A stretch of 64,000 nt of DNA, taken from an uncultured Ruminiclostridium sp. (GTDB taxonomy: Bacteria > Bacillota > Clostridia > Oscillospirales > Ruminococcaceae). Shown piece by piece: positions 9,671 through 19,855 of this stretch. Every line of letters starts with the position of its first letter. Within the stretch, counting starts at the first letter, position 1. The stretch is taken from positions 30,449-94,448 of the forward strand of contig CAJTTE010000004.1 of NCBI GenBank assembly GCA_910579265.1, read 5' to 3'. The notes under the pieces are model-generated. The model was given only the letters and a program-made list of their open reading frames with translations. It had not been told where the DNA came from and made no database searches. The translations under genes were made by a program, and so were the position numbers.

Positions 9671-10501
9671 TCATGCCTTTTCCTGTTTGATCTTATTGGA
9701 CTTTTCTTCCTCTTTTTTTACATACTCGTTATAAATATTAACGGTTTTTACAACCTCTTTATCGTCAACCACGAGTATCTCGCCTTTAAGCTTGTCATTG
9801 TGAGCGATCCCGCATATCTGGCTGTTCATGAACAGACATTTCCCGCTGTCCTTATTATCGATCAGCTCCAGGTCGTCCACAGCCTTTACGTTATCTACGA
9901 CAAATCCCATGCATGTCTGCATCGAATCAGTGTCGTTGCTTAAAAATATGACCATACGCTTCGAGGTGTCGGAAATATAGTTTATGGCGTTGTTTATAAT
10001 GTTTTTCAGCTTTCTGCCGCAGGAATCCGCCTGATACAGCACTGATTTGCCGCTGTTCAGGGACGCACCGTAGGTCTCAAGCTCCGCCTGTTGTTCATGT
10101 ATACGTTTTATATATGCGGCCGTTTCGGATTTCTCATGGAAAAACTTGTGTTCAATATTGTCACCGAAATAATTTGAATCCACGGAAAAGTTTTCACCGG
10201 TTTCGGCGCATCGGTGAAGCTCTTTCAGATAATCGTCCACACCGCCTTTTTTATAGTTAAGAGCAGTCAGCATTTGTTCGGTTTCTTCGTTTCCGTCATT
10301 TACCTTCATAAGTGCTTTCAGATCAAGAACAGGGACCACACCGTCTCTCATACTGCATACCCCTAAAAAAATTTTAGGAGCGTTTGCAACGGAGGTTATC
10401 GGAGGAACTTGTGCTATTCCCGTTACCATGGCGGTGCTGATGGCATAAAGCTGATGCTTCAGATCAAATATTATCCAAGGAAGATTGCTGTTAGGTTCCA
10501 T
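9671..10501 (-). CDS. CheW-like protein with a central insertion
   Basis: N-part YAISTAMV...ITSVANAP...GVCSMRDGVVPVLDL and C-part GFVVDNVKAV are the two CheW halves. Confidence 0.75.
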   Translation of the reverse strand: MEPNSNLPWIIFDLKHQLYAISTAMVTGIAQVPPITSVANAPKIFLGVCSMRDGVVPVLDLKALMKVNDGNEETEQMLTALNYKKGGVDDYLKELHRCAETGENFSVDSNYFGDNIEHKFFHEKSETAAYIKRIHEQQAELETYGASLNSGKSVLYQADSCGRKLKNIINNAINYISDTSKRMVIFLSNDTDSMQTCMGFVVDNVKAVDDLELIDNKDSGKCLFMNSQICGIAHNDKLKGEILVVDDKEVVKTVNIYNEYVKKEEEKSNKIKQEKA

Positions 10502-10668
10502 AGGAACTCCTTTCCTGCATGTTTTTGCTGAAATAATATACTTATTGAATTATACCATATCCGGACATGATTTTCAACCTTTTTAAGGAAGTTTTATTTT
10601 CATATCGGCTATTGAACTTATGTCCGATCTGTGATACAATTAAGGAAATTAAGTTACGGAGGTTATCT

Positions 10669-12156
10669 ATGAAAAATATTCCAACAATAAAACTTGGTAT
10701 CATTGCAGTCTCCCGCGACTGTTTTCCGATGAGCCTTTCCGCTTCCAGAAGGAGCGCGGTCGTAAAGGCTTTTGAAAAATACGGAGAAATCTATGAGTGC
10801 CCCACTACCGTGGAAAATGAAAGAGACGCCATGAAGGCTTTGGAGCAGGTAAGGGGGGAAGGCTGCAACGCTTTGGTGGTTTATCTCGGGAATTTCGGGC
10901 CGGAGACAAGCGAAACGCTTATAGCAAAGTATTTTGAAGGACCTGTAATGTATGTCGCAGCGGCTGAGGAAGCCTGCGGAAGCAGTTTATGCGACAGCAG
11001 AGGCGATGCTTACTGCGGGATGCTTAATGCCAGCTATAATCTTGCCCTCAGGAACATAAAGGCGTATATTCCGGAATATCCCGTAGGCACGGCCGACGAA
11101 GTGGCTGAAATGATAAATGACTTTATTCCGGTGGCGCGTGCCGTTATAGGCGTGCGGAATTTGAAAATCATAAGCTTCGGTCCGCGTCCTCAGGATTTTC
11201 TTGCCTGCAATGCTCCGATCAAGCGTTTATATGATCTGGGGGCAGAGATAGAGGAAAACAGTGAGCTTGACTTGTTCGCATCATATAACGAACATCAGAA
11301 CGACGCCCGCATTCCCGGAGTGGTAAGGGAAATGGAGGAGGAGCTGGGTGACGGCAATAAGATGGCCGGCATACTGCCTAAGCTTGCTCAGTTCGAAATC
11401 ACTCTTCTGGATTGGGCGGATGCTCATAAAGGAAGCCGAAAGTATGTTGCCTTTGCGAATAAATGCTGGCCTTCTTTTCAGACGCAGTTCGGATTCGTAC
11501 CGTGTTACGTAAATTCGCGGCTTACCGCCATGGGAATCCCGGTAGCATGCGAGGTGGATATATACGGCGCTCTCAGCGAGTATATAGGCCTTTGCGTAAG
11601 CGGAGATACCGTAACTCTTCTTGATATCAACAATACCGTTCCGGCGGATATTTATTCAGAAAATATAGAAGGAAGATTCTCATATACGCACAGGGATACT
11701 TTTATGGGATTCCACTGCGGAAATACCCCGTCCTGCAAGCTTTCCTCATCAACCATGAAATATCAGCTTATAATGCACAGAGGTCTTGAGCCGGATAAGG
11801 AGCCCGATATAACGAGAGGTACCCTCGAGGGCGATATTATTCCCGGGGACATCACCTTTTTCCGGCTTCAATCGACTGCGGATGCCGAAATAAGAGCCTA
11901 TGTGGCCGAGGGCGAGGTCCTTCCGGTGGCCACTCGTTCTTTCGGAGGAATTGGGGTGTTCGCCATACCCGAAATGGCAAGGTTTTACAGGCATGTTCTT
12001 ATTAAAGGCAATTTCCCTCACCACGGGGCGGTAGCCTTCGGCCATTTCGGAAAGCAGATATTTGATGCGCTTACATATCTGGGCGCGGAGAATATAGGGT
12101 ATAATAAACCTAAAAATGTTTTGTATGACGGTGAAAATCCATTTTCTTTAAAATAA
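10669..12156 (+). CDS. L-fucose/L-arabinose isomerase-family protein
   Basis: IIAVSRDCFP, YLGNFGPE, GDAYCGMLN, CEVDIYG, GFHCGN, PHHGAVAFGH; GGAGG RBS before ATG 10669. Confidence 0.85.
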   Translation: MKNIPTIKLGIIAVSRDCFPMSLSASRRSAVVKAFEKYGEIYECPTTVENERDAMKALEQVRGEGCNALVVYLGNFGPETSETLIAKYFEGPVMYVAAAEEACGSSLCDSRGDAYCGMLNASYNLALRNIKAYIPEYPVGTADEVAEMINDFIPVARAVIGVRNLKIISFGPRPQDFLACNAPIKRLYDLGAEIEENSELDLFASYNEHQNDARIPGVVREMEEELGDGNKMAGILPKLAQFEITLLDWADAHKGSRKYVAFANKCWPSFQTQFGFVPCYVNSRLTAMGIPVACEVDIYGALSEYIGLCVSGDTVTLLDINNTVPADIYSENIEGRFSYTHRDTFMGFHCGNTPSCKLSSSTMKYQLIMHRGLEPDKEPDITRGTLEGDIIPGDITFFRLQSTADAEIRAYVAEGEVLPVATRSFGGIGVFAIPEMARFYRHVLIKGNFPHHGAVAFGHFGKQIFDALTYLGAENIGYNKPKNVLYDGENPFSLK

Positions 12157-12192
12157 AATGCCGTTAATAAAAGAGCGCCCAAGATATTATTA

Positions 12193-12378
12193 GGTGGTAC
12201 GTGAAAACAAAGCATATACGTACAATTCTGTTAATAGTCAGGCGATTTCAAGGAAAAAGAGGAGAAATGCGAAGGTGTTTCGCAGCTATCCCTTTGGGAT
12301 ATCTATCGGCATACCTTGATGCGAAAAACCTCCGAGGTCAGTAGAAATTGTGTGATTTGCGGCTTTACGGATTGCCCC
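12193..12378 (+). repeat. Family 1 element, copy b (long subtype)
   Basis: GAAAACAAAGCA...TCAAGGAAAAAG...TATCCCTTTGGGATA...GATTTGCGGCTTT. Confidence 0.85.
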
Positions 12379-12380
12379 TG

Positions 12381-12437
12381 AAAAAGTCCGCACATTCCGA
12401 GCATGAGAATTCGGATATGTGCGGACTTTTATTTTTT
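12381..12437. terminator. Bidirectional terminator
   Basis: AAAAAGTCCGCACAT...ATGTGCGGACTTTTT between convergent genes. Confidence 0.75.
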
Positions 12438-12532
12438 ACAGCATTCGTTTGTCATTTGTGAAATAAAGCCGTATTGTTACTGCGTAAAAACGAAAAACAT
12501 GTATTAGATGCTTTAAAATATTTACTATGAAT

Positions 12533-13387
12533 CTATGAATCGATTTCCAAAAAGCTTTTTAAGCTTTTTTCATTTTTATTAAAGCAGGCATAGCCCTCGT
12601 CATAGAGCTTTATAAGCTTTTTCGGATCGCTTTCGGTTCTCCCTATGCCGTATGTGCTCTCAGGAGCCAATACGAGCGCTTTTCCTTCCTGCTCGTATTT
12701 TTCCAGATCTTCGACGGTCCGGTTATACTTTTCCGGGCGGTTAATAAAGCTCTGAATAAACTGAGGATATTTGCGGTATACCGCTTTTACGACAGGCGTG
12801 GCGGTTTCGTACTTTTTTATGTAGCCCTTCGGGTGAGTAAGTACGACCACAACTTTGTCACAGCCGTCTTCAAAGGCTTTTTTAAACGGTATTGAATCGG
12901 ATACGCCTCCGTCCATGTATTCAACTCCGTTTATTTCTATGGGTTGAAACAAAAGAGGAAGAGCGCAGGTGGCGCGCAACACATTAAAACGGTTGTCATC
13001 GGGCATTTCCATATATTCCGCACATCCGTTGTCAAGCCGAGTTAAAACGGCCTTGCATTCGCTTTTTCTGTTGTTGAAAAGCTCATAGTCAAACAAAAGC
13101 AGCTTGTTCGGTATTTCGTCGAAAACAAAATCAAGATTGTAGTAGCACCGGTTTTTTTTGTTGAGCAAATGGCGGATTCCCATATATCGTGTATCAGGTT
13201 GATATTTTACCATAATGTTGTAATTTCTTTTAAACTGCTTCGAAACATAGCTTACCCCGAATGATATTCCTGCGGAAACGCCTATGATATAATCAGCATA
13301 CAGCTTTTTTTCCATCAACCCGTCCATAACGCCGCAGGAGAAGTATGTACGGCTTGCTCCGCCTTCCAGCACAAGTCCCCATTTCAT
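12533..13387 (-). CDS. Patatin-like phospholipase
   Basis: LVLEGGASR, GVSAG, DGG motifs. Confidence 0.9.
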   Translation of the reverse strand: MKWGLVLEGGASRTYFSCGVMDGLMEKKLYADYIIGVSAGISFGVSYVSKQFKRNYNIMVKYQPDTRYMGIRHLLNKKNRCYYNLDFVFDEIPNKLLLFDYELFNNRKSECKAVLTRLDNGCAEYMEMPDDNRFNVLRATCALPLLFQPIEINGVEYMDGGVSDSIPFKKAFEDGCDKVVVVLTHPKGYIKKYETATPVVKAVYRKYPQFIQSFINRPEKYNRTVEDLEKYEQEGKALVLAPESTYGIGRTESDPKKLIKLYDEGYACFNKNEKSLKSFLEIDS

Positions 13388-13526
13388 ATTGCATTTCTCC
13401 CTTCGTGTTTTGAATAATAATATCATATTTGTCCGGAAAATTCAATTTATATTTGACAAGTGTCCGAAAAGATGATACAATGCAACCATAAACAAAAAAC
13501 GGCGCTAAAAAAGAAAGGATATAGAG

Positions 13527-14420
13527 ATGGTAAGGATTATAAAAAAAATAGAATGTATCGCTTTGGCAGCTGTTGTTATCGGCGCATTTGCCGGATGCAG
13601 CAAGGAAAACGCTGGTTCTGACGGAGGCAAATACGGCTCGATAAAGACCATAACAACTCCTTCGGATTTTAAAGGAAATACGGGAGACGTTAAGATCGAA
13701 AGCGGCGACACATATGCGGTAATAAAGATAAAGGGATATGAGGGCGAAATGAAATGCAAGCTTTTTCCCGAGGCAGCTCCCGAAGGAGTGGATAATTTCG
13801 TTAAGCTGGCAAACAGCGGATATTACAGTGATAAAATATTTCACCGCGTTATGAAGGACTTTATGATCCAGGGAGGATCTGCTAACGGAGACGGAATGTC
13901 GACGGACAGCGATCCTGAGTTTAACGTTGAATACAATTCAAGCATGAGGCACTATTACGGCGCTCTTTGTTACGCAAACGCAGGAAGCATAAACGGCAGT
14001 CAGTTCTATATTGTCAATAATAAAAGCTATTCACCGGTATCCTCTAAAAATTATGAGAATAACATTGCCGTTTTCGATCAGTATATCAGTCAGATAGAGA
14101 AGCTTCTTAAAACCGCGACCGGAGAGGAAAAAGACAATCTCGAATTTAATCTTAAATATTACAGTAGTATGAAATCAAGCGCTTCGTCAAGCATAAGGGC
14201 TTTGGACGAGCTGACTGAAGAGATGGAGGAAAAATATAAAAGCGTCGGAGGGGTTCCTCATCTTGACGGCGGCTATACGGTTTTCGGGCAAATGGTGGAA
14301 GGCTTTGAGATATTGGATGCCGTAAGCAAGGTCGAAGTTGAGAAGCAGATCGGCAGCGATGAGGAAAGCCGTCCCGTTCAGGATATAGTTATCGAATCCG
14401 TTACAATCCATACGGCATAA
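13527..14420 (+). CDS. Cyclophilin-type peptidyl-prolyl isomerase lipoprotein
   Basis: Lipobox FAGC, FHRVMKDFMIQGG, NGSQFYIV, PHLDGGYTVFGQ; helical insert. Confidence 0.9.
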   Translation: MVRIIKKIECIALAAVVIGAFAGCSKENAGSDGGKYGSIKTITTPSDFKGNTGDVKIESGDTYAVIKIKGYEGEMKCKLFPEAAPEGVDNFVKLANSGYYSDKIFHRVMKDFMIQGGSANGDGMSTDSDPEFNVEYNSSMRHYYGALCYANAGSINGSQFYIVNNKSYSPVSSKNYENNIAVFDQYISQIEKLLKTATGEEKDNLEFNLKYYSSMKSSASSSIRALDELTEEMEEKYKSVGGVPHLDGGYTVFGQMVEGFEILDAVSKVEVEKQIGSDEESRPVQDIVIESVTIHTA

Positions 14421-14456
14421 AAAGTTACGTGAAATCATTCCTAAATATAACAAATA

Positions 14457-14493
14457 TAACCTCTCGGGAACAATCATTCCCGAGAGGTTTTTC
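14457..14493 (+). terminator. Intrinsic terminator
   Basis: AACCTCTCGGGAA...TTCCCGAGAGGTTTTT. Confidence 0.75.
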
Positions 14494-14644
14494 GTCATTT
14501 TTTACAAAAAAGTTTTTTTATGAAGTTTTTTTGAGTTATATCTTGACAAATGCTTAACCGAAATATAAAATAGTATCTGTTATATTTCAGCGTGCTTTAG
14601 CACTTTAAATCCACAGCACTTTAAAATGAGAAAGGGGAAGGGAA

Positions 14645-16255
14645 ATGTTGGTTTATATAATCCTGATAGTTTATATCGCTTTTGCAGTCGGTATAGGTAT
14701 ATATTTTCACCGCAAAAGCAAAACGGTAAGCGATTTCGTTCTGGGGGGGAGATCGGTAGGCCCGTGGATCACCGCTTTCGCTTACGGAACCAGTTATTTT
14801 TCCGCCGTGGTTTTTGTCGGTTATGCGGGGCAGTTCGGATGGAGCTTCGGCATATCTGCAACATGGGTGGGAATAGGAAATGCTCTTATCGGCTCGCTTC
14901 TTGCTTGGGTGCTTATGGGAAGGCGTACCCGGGTTATGAGCAAGCATTTGGAAAGCGCTACTTTACCTGAGTTTTTTGAGAAAAGATATATAAGCAAAAA
15001 GCTGAAGATAGCTTCGGCAGTTATAGTTTTCGTTTTCCTGATCCCATATACGGCTTCGGTGTATAACGGCTTGTCAAGACTTTTTGAAATGGCCTTTAAC
15101 GTCGATTATTCAGTTTGTGTTATAGGCATGGCGGTTATAACCGCTGTTTACGTTATTCTGGGAGGATACAAAGCAACCGCTTACAATGATTTTGTTCAAG
15201 GTATAATAATGCTTATAGGAATAAGCGCGGTGGTTGTTGTGACTCTTGCGAACAAGGGGGGCTTTTACTCAGCTATCACCGAGCTTTCGAAGGTTTCCGC
15301 AGAAACCGGACCTATGGCCGGTATGAACGGCGGATTTACTTCGTTTTTCGGGCCGGATCCCATAAATCTTTTGGGTGTTGTTATTTTGACGTCTCTCGGC
15401 ACATGGGGACTGCCTCAGATGGTACATAAGTTTTATACGATAAAGGATGAAAAATCCATTAAGACCGGTACTGTGGTTTCTACGGTGTTTGCCTTTATTA
15501 TTGCGGGCGGATGTTATTTTTTGGGAGGCTTCGGAAGAATATTTGTTGATGCTTCGGATAAAGGCCTGCCTGCCGAAGGCTATGACAGTATTATTCCGGC
15601 TATGGTAAGCACATTGCCGGAAATACTTATAGGGGTTGTTGTGGTGCTTGTTCTTTCCGCATCCATGTCTACATTGTCATCTTTAGTGCTTACCTCCAGT
15701 TCTACCCTTACCCTTGATCTGATAATTCCTATGGTTAAAAACAAGGATAAGGATAAGTCGGAAAAACGCACATTAATTATTATGAGAGCACTTATTGCCG
15801 TGTTTTTGATCGTCTCGGTTATAATGGCTCTTAACAAGAATGCTTTGATAAGCGATCTTATGGGATATTCCTGGGGGGCGCTGGCGGGTGCTTTTCTTGC
15901 GCCTATGCTTCTTGGATTATTCTGGAAGGGCGTTACAAAAGCCGGAGTCTGGGCAAGCCTTATATGGGGCGTATGCGCGACCGCGGTACATTTCGTTTTA
16001 AAATCTGCCGGTATGCTTTCCGGAACCATATGCGGCTTTAATGTTGCAAGTCCCGTAAATCTGGGAGCATTTACGATGATTATGGGACTTATAATTGTCC
16101 CTTTGGTAAGCCTTATTACCCACAAATTGAAAAAGCTTGATGTGGATCGGATATTTTCCTGTTATGATAAGAAGGTTGAGGTGCCTCACGCCGTTGCTCT
16201 TACGGATAATGAGGGTTATGTAGTTCTGCCTATTGACAAGGGAGAAGAAAAGTAA
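14645..16255 (+). CDS. Sodium:solute symporter (SSS family)
   Basis: DFVLGGR, SYFSAVVFVGYAG, GLPQMVHKFY, LSASMSTLSS; many TM helices; upstream of paaK. Confidence 0.92.
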   Translation: MLVYIILIVYIAFAVGIGIYFHRKSKTVSDFVLGGRSVGPWITAFAYGTSYFSAVVFVGYAGQFGWSFGISATWVGIGNALIGSLLAWVLMGRRTRVMSKHLESATLPEFFEKRYISKKLKIASAVIVFVFLIPYTASVYNGLSRLFEMAFNVDYSVCVIGMAVITAVYVILGGYKATAYNDFVQGIIMLIGISAVVVVTLANKGGFYSAITELSKVSAETGPMAGMNGGFTSFFGPDPINLLGVVILTSLGTWGLPQMVHKFYTIKDEKSIKTGTVVSTVFAFIIAGGCYFLGGFGRIFVDASDKGLPAEGYDSIIPAMVSTLPEILIGVVVVLVLSASMSTLSSLVLTSSSTLTLDLIIPMVKNKDKDKSEKRTLIIMRALIAVFLIVSVIMALNKNALISDLMGYSWGALAGAFLAPMLLGLFWKGVTKAGVWASLIWGVCATAVHFVLKSAGMLSGTICGFNVASPVNLGAFTMIMGLIIVPLVSLITHKLKKLDVDRIFSCYDKKVEVPHAVALTDNEGYVVLPIDKGEEK

Positions 16256-16790
16256 TAGAATTATTAAAGAATGAGGCTCAGTTCGTCACACATAATCCGG
16301 AGCGCTAAATTTTAAAAACCGGACATCCTCCCAACGGAACATAAAGGTATGTGTTAAAGTGTCCGGTATAGGCCGAACGGATTTTTAAAGCTTGCGATTA
16401 TACGGTATGATACCTAAAGCTGCGGAATAAGGATGAATCGTATATCTGAGAATTATTTACCGTTTTTGAGGGATCGTTTCGCTTAGCTGCGCTTTTCTGA
16501 TGGTATAATAACCTCAAACGAAATAAAGAGGAAGAAATTATTTAAATGTTTGAGAACATTGTACCGATTTTGAGGAATCGCTCCGCTTTGCTTCGCTCAT
16601 TTTATGGTATAATGATTCAGATCGGACTTGAGACGATATCGTTTACGAGATTGGATGAAATCGATGCTTATAGGCGCTGCGGACCGGTAAATTGTTCGTT
16701 TGTCCGTTATAGGCCGGTTCATGTTTACAGAAAGTATGTTCAAGCCGGAAAAAAAGATTAAAGATTATAATATAAACAGAGGTTGTAAAA

Positions 16791-18092
16791 ATGTTTTTTG
16801 ATAAAACGGCAGAAACAATGCCGAGAAAAGAATTGGAAAAGCTTCAGCTTGAAAGGCTCAGGAGAATAGCATGCTACTGCTATGAAAGGGTTAAAATGTA
16901 TCACGACAAATTTGACAGTGTTAAATTTGACCCTTACAAGATAAAAAGCCTGTCGGATATTAAGTACATGCCGTTTACAACTAAAGCGGACTTCAGGGAT
17001 AACTATCCTTTCGGAATGTTTGCGGTGCCGAAGCGTGATATCGTGCGTTTTCATGCTTCGTCGGGAACTACCGGGAAGCCTACGGTTGTGGGATATACAA
17101 AAAATGATCTCGATATGTGGAGCGACTGCATGGCAAGACTTGTGACCGCCGCAGGAGCTACGGCAGACGATACGGTTCATATTGCTTTCGGCTACGGACT
17201 TTTTACGGGAGCCCTAGGATTACATTACGGGCTTGAAAAGATCGGGGCAACGGTTGTTCCCACTTCATCGGGAAATACCGAGAAAAACGTTATGCTGATG
17301 AAGGATTTTGAAGCGACGGCTCTTGTGTCTACTCCTTCATATGCCTTACATATTGCCGAGGTCATCGAAAGTATGGGATACAAAATCGGAGAGGACATCA
17401 AGCTTACTCTCGGCCTTTTCGGAAGTGAGGGCTGTACCGTCGAAATGCGTGATCAGATTGAAAAAAGTCTTGGAGTTTTTGCTACCGATAACTACGGTAT
17501 GAGCGAGCTTATAGGTCCGGGAGTGTCGGGAGAGTGCAGGGAGCGCAGCGGTTTGCACTTTAATGAGGATCATTTTCTGCCGGAGATAATAGATCCGCTG
17601 ACCGGTGAGGTGCTGCCCCAGGGGGAGAGAGGAGAGCTTGTGATTACAACGCTTACTAAGGAAGCTCTTCCGGTGCTGAGATATAGGACAAGGGATATCA
17701 CAAGGCTTGATTACGAACCCTGCAAGTGCGGCAGGACACACTGCCGTATGGACAAAACCACAGGCAGAAGCGACGATATGCTTAAAATAAGGGGCGTCAA
17801 TGTATTCCCGAGTCAGATAGAAAGCGTAATAATGACTATACCTCAGGTCGCTCCGTACTATGAGCTTGTCGTTGATCGTGAGGGCAATGCGGACACCCTT
17901 GAGGTAAGGGTTGAGCTTGCGGCCGCAGAGCTTCTGGACAGCTATAAAAATCTTGAACAGCTGAGGGAAAATGTAAAGCACAGACTTAAAACCGTGCTGG
18001 GGATTCAGACAAAGGTATCTTTAGTTGAGCCGAAATCTATGGCGCGTTCTGCGGGTAAAGCCAAAAGAATTATTGATAACCGTAAAAAGTAA
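16791..18092 (+). CDS. paaK: Phenylacetate-CoA ligase
   Basis: RDNYPFGMFAVP, HASSGTTGKP, YGMSE, RYRTRD, GRSDDMLKIRGVNVFPSQIE. Confidence 0.92.
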   Translation: MFFDKTAETMPRKELEKLQLERLRRIACYCYERVKMYHDKFDSVKFDPYKIKSLSDIKYMPFTTKADFRDNYPFGMFAVPKRDIVRFHASSGTTGKPTVVGYTKNDLDMWSDCMARLVTAAGATADDTVHIAFGYGLFTGALGLHYGLEKIGATVVPTSSGNTEKNVMLMKDFEATALVSTPSYALHIAEVIESMGYKIGEDIKLTLGLFGSEGCTVEMRDQIEKSLGVFATDNYGMSELIGPGVSGECRERSGLHFNEDHFLPEIIDPLTGEVLPQGERGELVITTLTKEALPVLRYRTRDITRLDYEPCKCGRTHCRMDKTTGRSDDMLKIRGVNVFPSQIESVIMTIPQVAPYYELVVDREGNADTLEVRVELAAAELLDSYKNLEQLRENVKHRLKTVLGIQTKVSLVEPKSMARSAGKAKRIIDNRKK

Positions 18093-18109
18093 TTAAATGT
18101 TAAAATCAT

Positions 18110-18148
18110 AAAAACGGCAGCTGTATTTTAAATAGCAGCCGTTTTTAT
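18110..18148 (+). terminator. Intrinsic terminator after paaK
   Basis: AAAAACGGC...GCCGTTTTT hairpin. Confidence 0.65.
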
Positions 18149-18162
18149 TATATAAAAAACAC

Positions 18163-18212
18163 TTGACTTTTCCATAATTTATGATATAATATAAATGTAA
18201 AATTATGGAAAA
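18163..18212 (+). promoter_or_regulatory. Sigma-A promoter overlapped by a 13-bp inverted repeat
   Basis: TTGACT-N16-TATAAT; TTTTCCATAATTT (18168-18180) / AAATTATGGAAAA (18200-18212). Confidence 0.6.
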
Positions 18213-18518
18213 TGTAAAAGGGAAAAGGTTTGTTAGCACTGTTATTGCTGTGATAATATCTGGTATTTAAATTTTATCAGGTGTTATTTCCTCGGAAAGC
18301 ATAAATGCAAATAACGACTTTTGTCATATTATCCTGACTCATATCCATATTCATCCGGTCACTACATAGTTGTAAGCGAATGTGTTGAATCTTCAAATAA
18401 TGTGACCTTTACCATAAAGGATCCTAATAACCGGAAAAATGGAACGCTCTGCGATACGCATATTGTGTCTGCTTCTGATTTGTATTCTTGCTTTATTGCG
18501 ATGGCGTGGATGAAATAA
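18205..18518 (+). pseudogene. Internally deleted secreted C39-like peptidase
   Basis: Signal-peptide-like start MENVKGKRFVSTVIAVIISGI*ILSGV with internal TAA, then a shifted-frame tail SSGHYIVVSE...TIKDPNN (His/Asp motif); catalytic Cys region absent. Confidence 0.6.
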
Positions 18519-18533
18519 CATATAGGAGGAAAC

Positions 18534-19379
18534 ATGTTAACCTTGAAAAAAATAAAACAAAAGACAATTTTAATTTTACTGTCTTTAATAATGGTAGCTT
18601 CTGTTACGGCATGTCAGCAAGCGGTACAGGACGATAACGATAGTACCCGGACATCCGTTTCCGAAACCGATCAAACTTCGGCGAATATAACCGAAGTTTC
18701 TTATGAAAATGAGAATACCGGCATTACCGGGCCGGAAGAAACCGACCGGAAAGAGCTGATATTTAACTCGGAAGAACATATCGAATTGTGCACATCTGAG
18801 ATTAAATCCGGAAATGATACCTATGAGATAAAAACCTTTTTATTTGACCGTATAGAAGAAACAGCGGGGGAAATAAAAGGGGACGTTGCGTTTGAGCTTT
18901 ATAAAAACGGTGAAAGGATCAATACTTTGTCTCCCATAATCGGATATTTGGGGCAGGTTGGAAAGACATACGAAAAGAACAAGCCCGAGGATTATTTTAA
19001 CGTTATCAAGCTTGACGGCGGCGAGGTTTTTACCGTGACTTATCCCGAGGATAACGGCTTGATGACAACGGCTTTCCTTACCGTTAAGGACGGAAAGCTT
19101 ACGCTGATGGAGCGGTATCTTACCGATGAGGAGAAAAAGCGCTTGGAAGCCGATCCTCATGAATATCCCATAACCAGCAGGACATGTTTTAATACCGTTA
19201 AAAAATTCGGCGTCAAGGAAAATTGCATAACCTATACTCTCGAAAACGAGATAACAAATATAGGAGAGGATAAGGACGCCGTGTATCCGGCGGGGGAAAT
19301 TCCTTTGACCTTTGACTTTAAAAACAGCATCGTTAAGTGCGAAAAGGATGAATATGCGGGAATGGTATATTACTACTGA
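18534..19379 (+). CDS. Lipoprotein of unknown function
   Basis: AGGAGG RBS, lipobox VTAC, S/T-rich linker; weakly similar to 745-1479. Confidence 0.85.
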   Translation: MLTLKKIKQKTILILLSLIMVASVTACQQAVQDDNDSTRTSVSETDQTSANITEVSYENENTGITGPEETDRKELIFNSEEHIELCTSEIKSGNDTYEIKTFLFDRIEETAGEIKGDVAFELYKNGERINTLSPIIGYLGQVGKTYEKNKPEDYFNVIKLDGGEVFTVTYPEDNGLMTTAFLTVKDGKLTLMERYLTDEEKKRLEADPHEYPITSRTCFNTVKKFGVKENCITYTLENEITNIGEDKDAVYPAGEIPLTFDFKNSIVKCEKDEYAGMVYYY

Positions 19380-19656
19380 ATATATGTTAATCAAAATCGG
19401 CTGCCGTAAAAATTTGCGGCAGCCGATTCAGCTTGTTGAAAAGCTTTTCCTCGGCAGAGCTTCCGACAAGCTGACACCGATTTTCGTTTTTGTCAAAAAT
19501 CAAAAATAGGGCGGAACCCTTGGCTCCGCCGCTATTTTAAGGCTATGATTTCAATTCAGGGCAAAACCCTTTTTATTTCCGAAAAAAGTTTGGTATTTTT
19601 TCCAGCTGATTTTAATATCAAAATTTTTTATACTTTGGTTGGTGGTTGGTAATCAA

Positions 19657-19838
19657 GGCGTATCTGAAAACAAAGCAAGTCTGTACAATCACGCTAAAGC
19701 GGGGCGATTCCAAGTAAAAACCGGAAAAATACAAGGGTATTTCATGTTTACCCCTTTGGGATAAATATCGGTATCCTTTAGCATGGATAGCTTCCGCAGT
19801 TAGTAGAAATCGTGCGATTTGCGGCTTTTAAGACAGCC
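19657..19838 (+). repeat. Family 1 element, copy c (long subtype)
   Basis: GGCGTATCTGAAAACAAAGCAA...CCCTTTGGGATA...GCGGCTTTTAAGACAGCC. Confidence 0.85.
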
Positions 19839-19855
19839 ATTAGTATAATCACGGC

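Noticed and set aside
14597..14625. CIRCE element
   Set aside because: Only a TTAGCACT half-site; the inverted half at 9-bp spacing is absent.
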